This document shows positions 48,593 through 61,368 of a stretch of 64,000 nt of DNA, one piece after another. A model generated the notes under the pieces. It saw only the letters and a program-made list of their open reading frames with translations, ran no database searches and was not told the DNA's origin. A program made the position numbers and the translations under genes. Source of the stretch: Phaeosaccion multiseriatum. Lineage: Eukaryota > Protista > Ochrophyta, other classes. How positions within the stretch are numbered: position 1 is the stretch's first letter; the number at the start of each line of letters is the position of its first letter. The stretch is taken from positions 6,076,001 through 6,140,000 of the forward strand of contig OZ218950.1 of assembly GCA_965112735.1 (NCBI GenBank). Reading direction: 5' to 3'.

Positions 48593-49617
48593 CCCCCGGT
48601 TGGAGCCGGATGCTTTGGGAGAGTACTTGGAGAGGTGCGACATCATGACCCTTCTCTCCATATGCCTCTAATCCCTCCCCCCCACATGCCTACCTCCATA
48701 GATGTGACATTCCCTCGTGCGAAATGCATGGCGACCGTTCTCCCCATATGCCTCTAATCCCTCCTCCCCATATGCCTCCTCCCCTTATGCCTCTAATCCC
48801 TCCTCCCCTTATGCCTCTAATCCCTCCTCCCCATATGCCTCTAATGCCTCCTCCCCATACGCCTCTATAGACGTGACATTCCTACTTGTCTTACGTGCCT
48901 TACGTGTCTCACCCAAAACCCATGTGTCTCTACTCCCCCTTTGCCCATATGCCTCCAATCCCTCCCCTCCATATGCCTCCATCATGTAGGTGCGATGTGT
49001 CTTACGTGTCTACCTCTCACCGGCGGCGCTTCCTCATGCAAAGGGAGCTCTACGACAAAGTGCAGGGAGGGGATGGGGTGGCAGTGAACGTTGAGCAGTA
49101 CGACGGTAAGTCAGTGAAAGGGGGGGAGGGGATTAGAGGCATATGGAGATGGGGACCTGAAAGCAGTAACGGCGATAAGTCAATGAGTGAGTCAGTGTAG
49201 TGGGGGCGGGGGAGAAGAGGCCAATGGTTGTCAATCAAGAGCTCGATGCCGAGTATCCTTCGCCCAAAGGACAGCTTCGCTATGGCGCATTAGCAATCAA
49301 GTTAGCGGGTCGCCCCTTTCGGCAGCCAGGATTAATTTTCTCTACTGAAACTGAGACTGAAATTAAGCCCTTGGCGGGTAACTCCTTATTGACGCTCTCC
49401 GCCCTCTGCTACCACCGGCCCCTCTGCTCTCTCTTATCGTCAACTGTGAATCATTTTGTGAATCACCAACGTCAAGGTATGGACTCGGAGGTGGGGTCTG
49501 CAGGGGAGGTGCAGCAGAGCATGAAGAGCAGGTGCCAGCCCACCTGGGTCACCTGCGCATTGGCAAATACGCTGCCCAAGGTGGCTCTCCAGCAGGTGCG
49601 TGAGTGTGTATGTGCGG

Positions 49618-49685
<68 letters not shown>

Positions 49686-49689
49686 GCGG

Positions 49690-49732
<43 letters not shown>

Positions 49733-49733
49733 G

Positions 49734-49768
<35 letters not shown>

Positions 49769-50110
49769 GGTGGGTGGGTGAATGTGCGCGTTTGTGTCTG
49801 TGTGCGTGCGTGCGTGGGTGGGTGGGTGCTTGAGTTCGTGGATATGTGGGTGGATGGGTGCATGCGTGCGTGCGTGGGTGGGTGCGCGCGTGTGTTTTCG
49901 GGTGGGTGAGTGGGTGCGTGCTATGTGGTACCCATGCGTGCGTGCGAGCGTCGGTGGGTGGTTGCATGGGTGGGTGGGTGCGTGCGTGCGTGCGTGCGTG
50001 GGTGGAACTGCTACTACTCTCCAAGGACATCGACGCTGATCTCACCCGTCCATTCCATCAATCTCTCTCGCCCCCCTTTCTTCACATCACTCATCCTCGA
50101 ATAAAATCAA

Positions 50111-50156
<46 letters not shown>

Positions 50157-51953
50157 TATGGATATGCATATACCAATACCACTACACCCCCACCCCTACT
50201 TACCCTTCTCCGTACCCCACCCTGCTCCAACTTGAACTTGCGTATTAGGCGCTATGGCTGCTGCCCTCCAAAGATATGGACATTATCAGAGCGCATCTAG
50301 ACGTGGTGGAGGATCCCGGGAATGGGTGGGTCACCATGCTACGCGTGTTGGTGCTCCCGAAGGGCGTCGCCAGCGGAGGGGAGCCCAGCGAGACGGAGAA
50401 GCTTTGGAACACGTAAGGGAGGAGCAGGAGGAGGGAGATGGCAGTGGAAGGGAGGAGAGATCGAGCGACTCCCTGACTGGCTGACACCACGAACCAAACT
50501 TCAACTTACACACACACACATACACACTCACACTCACACACTCACACTCACTCTCACACACGGACACACACACACACATACACTCACACACTCACACTCA
50601 CACACACACACACACACGCGCACACACACACGCACACACACACACACGCACACACACACACACAACACACGCACACACACACACACACACACACAGGCCG
50701 GAGCTGTGGGACCCCATCGTGAAGGACTTGAAGCGGCTCAAGTGGGTGGACAACTTTGTAATCAACATGGCCATCCACACGCACCCCTCGCTGGGGCTTG
50801 ATCAATGCGAGGTGATCAATACGCTGTCCAACATGATGTACGGTGTGCTGCACTCGGAGAATCCTTGGGCCTTTACACGCTCGCAGGTAAGGGTTTATGG
50901 CGCCCAATGTTCCTACGAAGATGTCATCAATGCCAGGCGTATATCAGTGAATCACCAACTGCTGTGTACTGCATTGCTTCCTCCAATAACCGAAAGCGTT
51001 TTGTGTTTGCATTTGCATGTTTGTTGTACACTGAATTCGATGGGATGGGATGGGATGGATGGTAGCTCGTGGAGTGGCTGGAGAACCCGCGTTACCTGCA
51101 CAGCACCAAGGCCATCAGCAACCTCTTCATGGCCAAGTTCGACCCTCACCACCCCATGCCGGAGGGGGAGGTGCAAGCCAGGGCACAGGAGATTCGCTCG
51201 CTCATGAAGGGGTGAGGGAGGGAGGGAGGGAGGGAGGGAGGGAGGGAGGAAGGGAGGGAGGGAGGGGAGGGAGGGAGGGAGGGAGGGGACATCACACTGA
51301 CACCTAGCACCTGACAGCGGATACCTGACACCTGCTACCTGATACCTGACACCTGCTACCCTCCCTTCCCCTCCCCATAGGACCATCGAGCTGCACCAGG
51401 CGCATCAGTTCTTTTCTGCCATGCTCACGGGCGTGTTGAGTACCTTCCGCACCAACCTCTACATGCCTGAGAGGTACGATACATATATTCGATAATTCGA
51501 TAAATTACTCGATATTCGGCTTTCTACATCGCATTCCCGATGAGTGAGCCTTCGATATCGAACTCATGGCCTGATCGACAAGCCATCATCGACAATCCTT
51601 GACACAAATATTGACACTCGGTTCTGTAACTGTATCTGTAACTGTATGTGACACCAGGTACGCTTTGGCGCTGCGCATCGACCCGAAAATCCTTCTCACG
51701 GAGGAGGGGCTAAAGACCAAGGAGGTGAGGGATGGCAGTGGATGGTCGCCAGGGGATGGGCAAAACATGACTTACAGCCCCCTCCCCTCCCCTCCCCTCC
51801 CTCTCTCCCTCCCTTCACAACGACAGGTCCCCTTCGGAACATTCTTCGTGCACGGAAGGCGCTTCTCCGGCTTCCACAACCGCTTCCGAGACATCGCAAG
51901 AGGAGGGCTGCGCCTCGTCACTCCGGCCACAAGAGAGCAAGTCGCCATCGAAG

Positions 51954-51993
<40 letters not shown>

Positions 51994-54900
51994 GAGGCAG
52001 GGAGGGGTGACAGGGTGAGACAGGGAGGCAGTGAGCCAGGGAGACAGGCTCGAGGCTCCATACTGACGACTGCCGGGGCGTATAGCTGCAGGGCTGGCTA
52101 CACTCACTCACCCCACTCACCCCTCCAACTTGCCTTTCCCTTGCCAACGCCTCTGAATGCCTCCTATCGTGCCTCCGTAAGCCTCTCAAGACGCCTCCAA
52201 AGGCCTCTCCGAATGCCCTTCCGTATGCCCCCAAATGCCTGCCTCTCTCGGAAAGCCCCTCTGAATTCCTCTGGATGCTTCTCATACAGCGGCTCCCACC
52301 CAATCCGTCTCCGAAGTAATGCCTCATCTCATTTCGTCCCTCTTCCCTTTCCTCAAACAAAACCAACAAGTCCCGAGTGTTCGACGAAGCGTACGGCCTG
52401 AGCTACGCACAGCAGCTCAAGAACAAGGACATCCCGGAGGGGGGCGCCAAGGCCGTGGTGCTCATCGACAATGTTGACAACACCGACAAGGGAAAGAGTC
52501 ACTGCAAGAGGAAGGTTGGTGACAGTGGCTTGTCAATCCGTGTAGTATGTCAATGGATGGGTGAAGGGGGAAGAGCCACGGCAAGGGGTAAGGCTGTGCG
52601 GGAGGCTTCAGGTTGCAGTTCCTTAAATCCCCTTGCAATAAATGCGTGTGTGTGTGCGTGTGTGTGTGTGCGTGGTGTGTGTGTGTGTGCGTGCGGCGTT
52701 CCTCTACTCCTCTAACAATCACAGACCGTCAAGGCCTTCACCGACTCCCTGCTGGACCTCATTGTGGACACACCGGAGACGCGCCACTTCATTGTTGACC
52801 TCTTGGGCAAGGAGGAGCTTGTGTACCTCGGGCCAGACGAGCAGGTCAGTCAGTCAGGGAGGGAGGGAGGGAGGGAGGGAGGGGGGGAGGGAGGGAGGGA
52901 GGGATGGGGGGAGGGAGGGAGGGAGGGAGGCAGGGAGGGAGGGAGGGAGGTAGGGAGGGAGGGAGGGAGGGAGGGAGGGAGGGGTGAGGAAGGAAGGAAG
53001 GAAGAAAAGAAGGAAGAAAAGAAGGAAGGAAGGAAGGAAGGAAGGAAGGAAGGAAGGGAGGGAGGGAGGGAGGGACGGAGGGATTGATGGAGGGGGCGAG
53101 GGGCTGGAATGGGGGAGGGGTGCTGACACCAGGTACCGGCTTGCTTGCTGGCTGACTGCCTGTGGCGGGCGAGCTAACTGACTGACTTAACGGACTCCCT
53201 CCTCCCTCCATTTCCCCCCTCAAGGTCATCCCCGACGACATCAACTGGATTGTCAACAGGGCGGCGCAAAGAGGGTACCCCATCCCCACTGCTTTTATGA
53301 GCTCCAAGCCCGACGCAGGCATCAATCATAAAGAGTTTGGGGTCACCTCCGAAGGGGTCTTTGTGTTCTTGGATGAAGCGCTCAAGTCGAGAGGCATCGA
53401 CCCGAGTCAGGAGGGGAGCGAGGTCCGTTTCTGAGAGTGGGGGGGGGAGGGGGCAGGCGAAGGGGGAGGGGAGAGGGGAGGGGAGGGGAGGGAAGGGAGG
53501 GGAGGAGAGGGGAAGGGAAGGGGGAGGGGAGCAAGAACGACAGGGGGTGGAGAGAGAGGGAGACAAAAAGAGCTCACTCACACACACACACACACACACA
53601 CACTGCCGTACTCAGGCCGTGACTGTGAAGATCACGGGAGGGCCCGACGGAGACGTGGCGGGCAACATCATCAAGGTGAGTGCGTGCGTGAGTGCGAGGA
53701 AGATTGGAGACTTACCGAGTCCTTCCCGTTCTTATATCTTACGTACCCCATCATCATCTCTCTCTTCTCACCCTCCTTCCGTCCCTCCTTCCCTCCTTCC
53801 CTCCTCCCTCCCTCCCTCCCTCCCTCCCTCCCTCCGCCTCCCTCTCTCCCTCCCTCCGTCCCTCCTTCCCTCCTTCCCTCCTTCCCTCCTTCCCCCCTTC
53901 CCTCCCTCCCTCCCTCCCTCCCTCCGTCCCTCTCTCCCTCCCTCCCTCCCTCCCTCCGTCCCTCTCTCCCTCCCTCCCTCCGTCCCTCTCTCCCTCCCTC
54001 CCTCCCTCCCTCCCTCCCTCCCTCCCTCCCTCCGTCCCTCTCTCCCTCCCTCCCTCCCTCCGTCCCTCTCTCCCTCCCTCCTTCCCTCCTTCCCTCCCTC
54101 CCTCCCTCCCTCCCTCCCCCTCTCCGAATGGTCAGATCATGCACCGCGAATACGGGTCCCGCGTGAAGATCGTCGGAGTGGCGGATGGCACCGGATGTGC
54201 AGAGGACCCCGGGGGGCTGGATCTAGACGAGCTCCTGCACCTCGTGCACAAGGTACACAGGGAGGATATGTATATTTAAGGCTGACGTAAGGGAGGATAT
54301 GTATATTTAAGGCTGACGGAAGATTCCTAACCCCCCACTGACACGCACGCGCACGCCCACCTGCACACACGCACACACACGCGCGCACACACACACGCGC
54401 GCACACACACACGCGCACTCACACACTGTTCCCCTGGATTAGGCCGCTCCCATCGCGGCGTTCAGCCGCTCCAAGCTCGGTCCAGAGGGGAAGCTGCACA
54501 CCTGTGATAATGAAGAGGGCATCAATGCACGCAACTCTATGCACAACAGGTGAGAGAGAGAGAGAGAGAGGGAGAGAGAGAGGGAGAGAGAGAGGGAGAG
54601 AGAGAGAGAGAGGGACAAAGAGAGAGAGGGAGAGACAGAGCGAGAGAGGCTAATAGAGACAACGAGAAGAGAGAGAAAAGCGAGAAATGGAGATGTTGAG
54701 TGTAGAGTTCTACTATACACCAGCTGAAAACTGAAAACTGCAACTCCACAAAACTGAAATTGCAGGGTCAAGGCAGACGCCTTCGTACCGGCCGGAGGAA
54801 GGCCCGCCACGGTCAATGAGAGCAACTACACCGACTTCCTGGGGGAGGATGGCAAGCCCAGTAGGTGAGGGGAGGGAAGGGGAGGGAGGAGAGGGAGTGG

Positions 54901-55987
54901 GGGGTGGGGGGTGGGGGTGGACTCTGACCCCGTCCCACCCTGCTCTTACTCTTGCGATGTTTTCTCGCGCACACACTGGAACAACACATTGCCCAACCCA
55001 CACCCACACCCACACCCACACCCACACCCGCACCCACACCCACACACCCACACCCACACCCACACCCACACACCCACACCGACACTCACGCGCACACACA
55101 CCCGCATACCCACCCACCCACCCACAACCCACACACACCCACACACCCACACCCGCACCCACACCTACACCTACACCCACACCCACAGCCGCACCCACAG
55201 CCGCACCCACACCCGCATTCACACCCGCACCCCTCTATGCCTCCAATCTCCCTCCCTGCTTATATGCCGCTATATCCCCCAACAGTCCGCTCATCGTGGA
55301 GGGCGCGAACCTGTTCATCACTCCCGGTGCTCGCCAACTGTTGCACGATGAGGCAGGGGTGTTGATTGTGAAGGACAGCAGCGCGAACAAGTGTGGGGTG
55401 ATTTGCTCCAGCTTTGAGATTATCAGTTCCATGCTCATGGACGGGGACGAGTTCACAGAGAACAAGGTAAGAATGGGATGGCAGTGGATGGATAGGGTAG
55501 GGGTGCGGATGGTAGTGGATGGGATAGGGGTGAGGACGGGATGGCAGTGGAGGGGGGCGAGTTCAAGGAGAACAAGGTAGGAGAGAGAGAGGTTGGGATG
55601 GTAGTGGATGGTAGTGGATGGTAGTGGATGGTAGTGGATGGTAGTGGGTGGTAGTGGATGGTAGTGGGTGGTAGTGGATGGGGCAGGGGGGGGGGGATGA
55701 GTGAGGACGGAGGAGAGGGGTGATTGTGTGTGTATGTGTGCGTGTCTGTGTGTGTATGAGTATGTGTGTGTGTGCGTGCGTGTGTTATGTACGCCTGTGT
55801 CGATGTGCGTTCGTGCATGCGTGTGTAGGTACGGGTGTGTGTGTTTATTGGCGTTTTGTGTGCCCTTACATGTGCCCTGACCTGGGGTTTCCAGGACGAG
55901 ATCGTGGAGGACGTGCTGACAAGGCTCAGAGTCGTGGCCAGGAGAGAGGCAAGACTCCTCTTCAGGCTCAAGGAGGTGAGGAGAAGG

Positions 55988-56026
<39 letters not shown>

Positions 56027-57743
56027 AGGGAGGGAGGAGGAGGGAGACATAGGTCTAACTGCTTGCCTTGCCGGTCGATCCGGTCGCTGCTGACCCATCT
56101 CTACCCGCCTTCTCTCTTCTTGTACCTCCCCCGTCCCTCTGATGTCATATGTTGTCATCTGACGGGCCCATGTGGTGTCATCATCATCATCATCATCATC
56201 ATCATCAACATCATCTGACCAACGACAATAGAACTACGAAGGAACTCTTCCCCACTTCAGCGAGGAGATTAGCAACTGCATCAACCGCTTGACCGATGCT
56301 CTGCTTGCCCTGCTGGACCAAGCGGCCGCAGACCCTGAGCAGGCGGAGAAGGTGAGGGAGGGAGGGGAGGCGGAGGCGGAGGAGGAGGAGGAGGAGGAGG
56401 AGGAGGAGGAGGAGGAGGAGGAGGAGGAGGAGGAGGAAGAGGAGGACGAGGAGGAGGAGGAGGACGAGGAGGAGGAGGAGGAGGAGGAGGAGGAGGAGGA
56501 GGAGAGAGACGAAAAGGAACCTGACACGCACCTCCTCTTCCTTCCTTCACTTGCGTGGCGCTGCTCCTTTGCTGCTCTCCCTTTCTCTCTCTCACCCTCC
56601 CTCTCGTTCTCTCTGTGCCTTTCTCTCTCCACTCTCTCTGTCTCCCCCTCTACCCCTCTCCCTCCCTCTCTGTTGCCTCCCTTTTAACAGTCCGACGAGT
56701 ATAGCGCCCTCCTCATGCCCTTCTTCAGGGAGCACCTGCCCGGCAAGGTAGTGGACATGGCCTTCGACCGCATACCGCACAGGTCAGTGGGCTGGGGAGA
56801 AGGGAGATGGGGGATCGGTCGATTGCGATAGTCAGAGGAGGGAGGCATGAAAGAGGCAGACATGAGAGAGAGAGACATGTGAGAGAGGCGTGAGATGTAC
56901 ATGAGGGATAGAGAGAGAGAGAAAGGGAGAGAGAGAGAGAGAAAGGGATAGAGAGAGAGAATGGGAGAGAGAGAGGTGCATGGGGGATGGGCACGCAGCG
57001 CAGCAGAGGGGGAGGGACGTGGTGATGTTGATGCTGATGCGTACCGCAGCAGAGGGTAGTCGTTGTGTGTTGGCTTGGGAGGAAAGGGATTGGCTGGTAG
57101 TCACACGAGAGAGGGAGAGGGAAAGTGAGGTGCTGGTGTTGGTGTTGATGTCTACCGCAAAGGTCTCAGTCGGCTTGATCAGTGAGCTTGGAGAGGAAGG
57201 TGTTGATGTTGAAGTTGAAGGTGAAGTTATAGTTGACGTTGTTCGGTGGTGAGCGGTCCCTGACGCTGACTCCCTCTTCCAATACCCCGACCGCGGTCCC
57301 ACTGCTGTATCACTGCTGTTTCACCTTACCAACTGCTGCTGCTGCTGGTGTTGCTTGGGCTTGATGCATCTCAGGATTCCTGCTCAGTACGTGCGGAACG
57401 CCCTCGCCTCGTGCGTGGCTAGTCACATTGTGTATACAGAAGGTGTGCCCTTCATTAACGCCCAGGTACGAGGGGTCAGAGAGAGGGAGAGGGAGGTATA
57501 GAGATAGACAGAGAGGTAGATAGAGAGAGAGACAAATAACATTAGAGGAAGAGATAGAGGGATCTGGGGACAGAGATAGCGAGAGAGATAGAGAGAGAGA
57601 GAAAGAGAGATAGGGAGAGATGACAGTCGACCATTGGTAGAGGGGGGGGGGGGGGTGTTCCTTGCCTTGTCCTGCCGTACTCTGTGTCGACTGTGGCGGT
57701 ACGCTTCTCAAATGCTTGAGGGAAGCGCATCTATTATCATCGC

Positions 57744-57777
<34 letters not shown>

Positions 57778-58075
57778 CTCTCGTTCTCTCTGTATCTGTC
57801 GATCTGTCTGTCTCTCTATCTCTCTGTCTGTTTGTATGCCTTACTCTCTGTCCTCCTTACCCTTGCTTGCCTAATGTCCCCTCCCTCCGTGTTACCCTCG
57901 TTAGCCGGACTCTACGCTGGCGGCCTTTGCGCTGGACTACGTGCGCAAGGAAGGGGATGTCAAGGCGCTGATGCGCTCCATTGAAGGGTGTCAGGACGTG
58001 CCCGAGGGGGACAGGAAGAAGGTCATGGGCATCCTCCGGGGGGGCGGGGTGCGCTCCATTATGGAGGTGTACTGA
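45952..58075 (+). CDS. GDH2: Large NAD-specific glutamate dehydrogenase (yeast GDH2-type) with probable mitochondrial presequence; 28 exons starting at 45952, 46471, 46846, 47293, 47604, 48206, 48592, 48990, 49477, 50249, 50697, 51066, 51381, 51658, 51827, 52371, 52725, 53225, 53616, 54136, 54443, 54766, 55286, 55895, 56232, 56691, 57376, 57905
   Basis: [105 protein letters not shown]; N-terminus [19 protein letters not shown] is R/S-rich and acid-poor; frame is continuous across GT-AG introns to TGA 58073-58075. Confidence 0.93.
48655..48982. repeat. ~22-24-bp minisatellite (TATGCCTCTAATCCCTCCTCCCC) in GDH intron 7
   Basis: About eight degenerate copies visible. Confidence 0.85.
55597..55681. 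repeat. 10-bp tandem repeat (GATGGTAGTG)n in GDH intron 23
   Basis: About eight copies visible. Confidence 0.9.
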
Positions 58076-58224
58076 GGGAGAGAGCGAGTGATTCCGTATC
58101 TTAGTGAGTGAGTGAGTGAGTGAGTGGGTGAGTGAGTGAGTGAGTGAGTGAGTGAGTGTAGTGGGACCGACGTGGAGGCTATGTGTGTGCTGATCGGACG
58201 ATGGAGTCAAGGGGTGGACTTGCA

Positions 58225-58322
58225 TTGGGTTGAGCTGGGTTGGGTTGGGTTGAGCTGGGTTGGGTTGGGTTGGGTTGAGCTGGGTTGGGTTGGGTTGAGC
58301 TGGGTTGGGTTGGGTTGGGTTG
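58225..58322. repeat. (GGGTT)n-based repeat with periodic GAGCT interruptions downstream of GDH
   Basis: Directly visible. Confidence 0.85.
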
Positions 58323-59093
58323 GATGGTGGGTGATGGGGCGTGGATTGGTAAGAAAGGAGAGAGGACGTGGTGGAGAGGAGCCCATTCGTTGGCTCTGAT
58401 GGGTGGAGGAAAGGCTCAAAGGCCAGCATGCGACAGGGATAAGGAGAGAGAGAGGGGGGTGGGGATGGTGATGATGAGAGAGAGGGAGAGAGAGCGAAAA
58501 GAATGGGAGAGAGAGAGGGAGAGAGAGAGAGAGGGAGAACATAATGAGTGAGAAGGAGAGCACAGGATGTAAATACTTGCATGATCTTACCATTAAAACC
58601 CTATAGGAAACACGAATCCCCCCCGTACAGGAAACACTGGTATCACCCACACAGTGGTGAAGCAATCGAGCACGTCGTTCATTTTCAGAGTTACGCAAGG
58701 AAGGAAATGTATGAATTGTGGTTGGTTATAGCTGCCTGCACCTGCAGACGAGTTTTATTATTATTTTTGTTTTTGCACACTGAGAGTGTAGAGAACCCCT
58801 CCCCCCCCCTCCTCTCCCTACCCACACAAAAATTGGGTACTGCCTCTAAAAACCGATAGTAACTAGTCGTTTATGAGGTGTGTGTGTATGTGTGTGTGAA
58901 TGAGAGAGAGGGGGTAGGGGAGAGAGAGAGAGGGGGAGAGAGAGAGACTAAAGTAAAAAAAGCTCAAGTTCGAGTAAGTACGTACGTACGTAATGGAAGT
59001 GACGTGAAGCCGTGAGAGTGCTCGACATGTACCTATAGCAATAGCAAGACCACATCAACATTCGTAACATCATAAAGGCAACACACTAAGTCA

Positions 59094-59951
59094 TTAAGGA
59101 ACCACCCCCACACTAACTAAGGCTGTCTTCTTTAGCTCTTTCAGCCCTGTGATAATGTTGATGGCCTCCCCCTCGTTCGGGGCCGTCACATTGACTGTCC
59201 TTCCGGAGAAGACGAGGGAGAAGGAGCGAGCCACAGCCTCAGGGGTGCAGAAGCGCGAGGCGGTGGTGAGGTTAGAAGCAGGGACGATCTCTTGCATTGT
59301 GGCGATGGGCAGGGGCTCCTGTTCGAGGGAGGGGGGGGGGCGGAGGGAGGGAGGGGGGGAGGGAGGAGGGGGGAGTGGGAGGGAGGGAGGGAGGGAGGGG
59401 GGAGGGAGGAGGGCGAGTGGGGGAGAGGGGAAGGGGGCTTAAACAAAATAACACGTTACTCCGTCCGTCCCGGTATGACTCCACCCACCCACCCGCAGCG
59501 GTAGACCACCAACCCACTCACGTACTCACCTGCACGCTTTTGAAGAAGGAGGTCTTTCGCGTGTGTCCGTCTACGTTGGGCTCATTCCACCCCACTGACT
59601 TATTCCCCTCATCGTAGAACAGGCGGCGAGAAGCGGGCTTGCCGGACTTGCTGTATTTGGTGACTATAACGCCTTTGTCCATCTGTGAGTGGGTTAGAGG
59701 TATACGGAGAGGGGGAAGGAAAGGGGGAGGGAGGGAGGGAGGGAGGGAGAGAGGGGAGGAGAAGAAAGACGAGAGAGAAGGTGAGAAAAAAGAGAGAAGG
59801 AGAGAATAAGAGACAGGAAGGAAGAGAGAGAGGAAGATGAGAGAGAGGGAGAGAGGTTACAGATGAAGAGAGAAGAAGGAAATTTGATTGATCAAGAGAG
59901 AGAGACTGACACGCCTTCCACCCCACCACTTCCCTCAACAACTCGGAGACA

Positions 59952-59984
<33 letters not shown>

Positions 59985-60729
59985 CTCTATCTATATTTCT
60001 ATCTATATTTCCATCTATCCATCTATCTATCGACCAATCTATCAATCCGTCTTTCTCCTTTCTCTCCATGTATCGTATCTATCAATCTCTATGCCCATGC
60101 ATACGCGTTCTATCTGCTACGAGCAGTACAGGAAGCAGGAGGAGCTACGCCACGCTGACGCGGTGAAGCACTTAATCCCCTTCTTCCTTCTTCATCACCA
60201 TCCACCATCCACCCGTCTTGTGTGTTGTAAGCATTCAATCATCCACCCCTCTGTGGTGAAGCACTCAATCATCAATCATCCACCCCTCTGTGGTGAAGCA
60301 CTCAATCATCAATCATCCACCCCTCCGTGGTGAAGCACTCAATCATCGATCATCCACCCCTCTGTGGTGAAGCACTCAAACCTCGTCCTTCTTCATCACC
60401 ATCCACCATCCACTACCATCCTCTCTCCATCCCTCCCTACCTTCTTGATGAAGGCCTTGACGTCAAACCTCTTCTCGGGAGACAGCGTCGCACTAGAGGG
60501 AACTCGCGTAGAGGCCGCTGCCGTCCCCTTCTTCACCCCGTCAGCCGACTTCCTCCCTTCCCTTGCCTTGTCCTTCTTGGCCTTGGACCTGGCCTTGGCT
60601 GCCGCCCCCCCCACTCCCGCCCCCATGCCCACACCCACGCTGGCCATAGCTGCTGCCGAGGTCTGCTGTCCCTCCTCTACGGTTGAAAGCCCCATCGAGC
60701 GCACGGATCCGACTCTCACATCGGATTGC

Positions 60730-60771
<42 letters not shown>

Positions 60772-61173
60772 GTGTGTTGTGTGGTGTGTGTATGTGTGTT
60801 TGTGTATTGTGTTCGTTAAGGGAGGGAGCACGATGTGGATGAATGGATGGATGGATGGATGGATGGATAGATGGATGAGGAGTATGTGTGTGTGTGGTGG
60901 TGGCGACGGGGCGGGGGGCAATGAGTTGGGACGTTACGAGAGGGGAGGACGGCGTGGGGTTATGAAAGGTGAGAGAGGGGAGGAGGGGGGGGGGTGATGT
61001 AAGGTGATAGGGGGGGGACAGGTGGAGGTGTTGGAAGATATGGGAAGTATGTGGCGTTTCTTCGTGGCCTTGATGCTTGGGTGGGTGGGCAATACACTGT
61101 ACGGGCACTTGCGTGGGGTGTGGGGGTGCTCTTTCGCCTTCCTCTCACGTTATATAGAGAGAGGGAGAGGAAA

Positions 61174-61206
<33 letters not shown>

Positions 61207-61243
61207 GGGAGGGAGAGGGAGAGGAACAGAGAGAGAGAGAGCC

Positions 61244-61277
<34 letters not shown>

Positions 61278-61322
61278 AGAGGAACAGAGAGAGAGAGAGG
61301 GAGAGAGAGAGGGAGGGAGAGG

Positions 61323-61368
<46 letters not shown>

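Noticed and set aside
21745-58075. Carbon/nitrogen metabolic gene cluster (theta-CA array plus GDH)
   Set aside because: Separated by the housekeeping gamma-adaptin gene, with no shared regulatory features visible; adjacency alone is not evidence.
60100-60200. Coding-looking island in the PH-gene intron (possible alternative exon)
   Set aside because: No clean acceptor/donor pair gives an open in-frame exon; it adjoins the 36-bp minisatellite and shares sequence with it.
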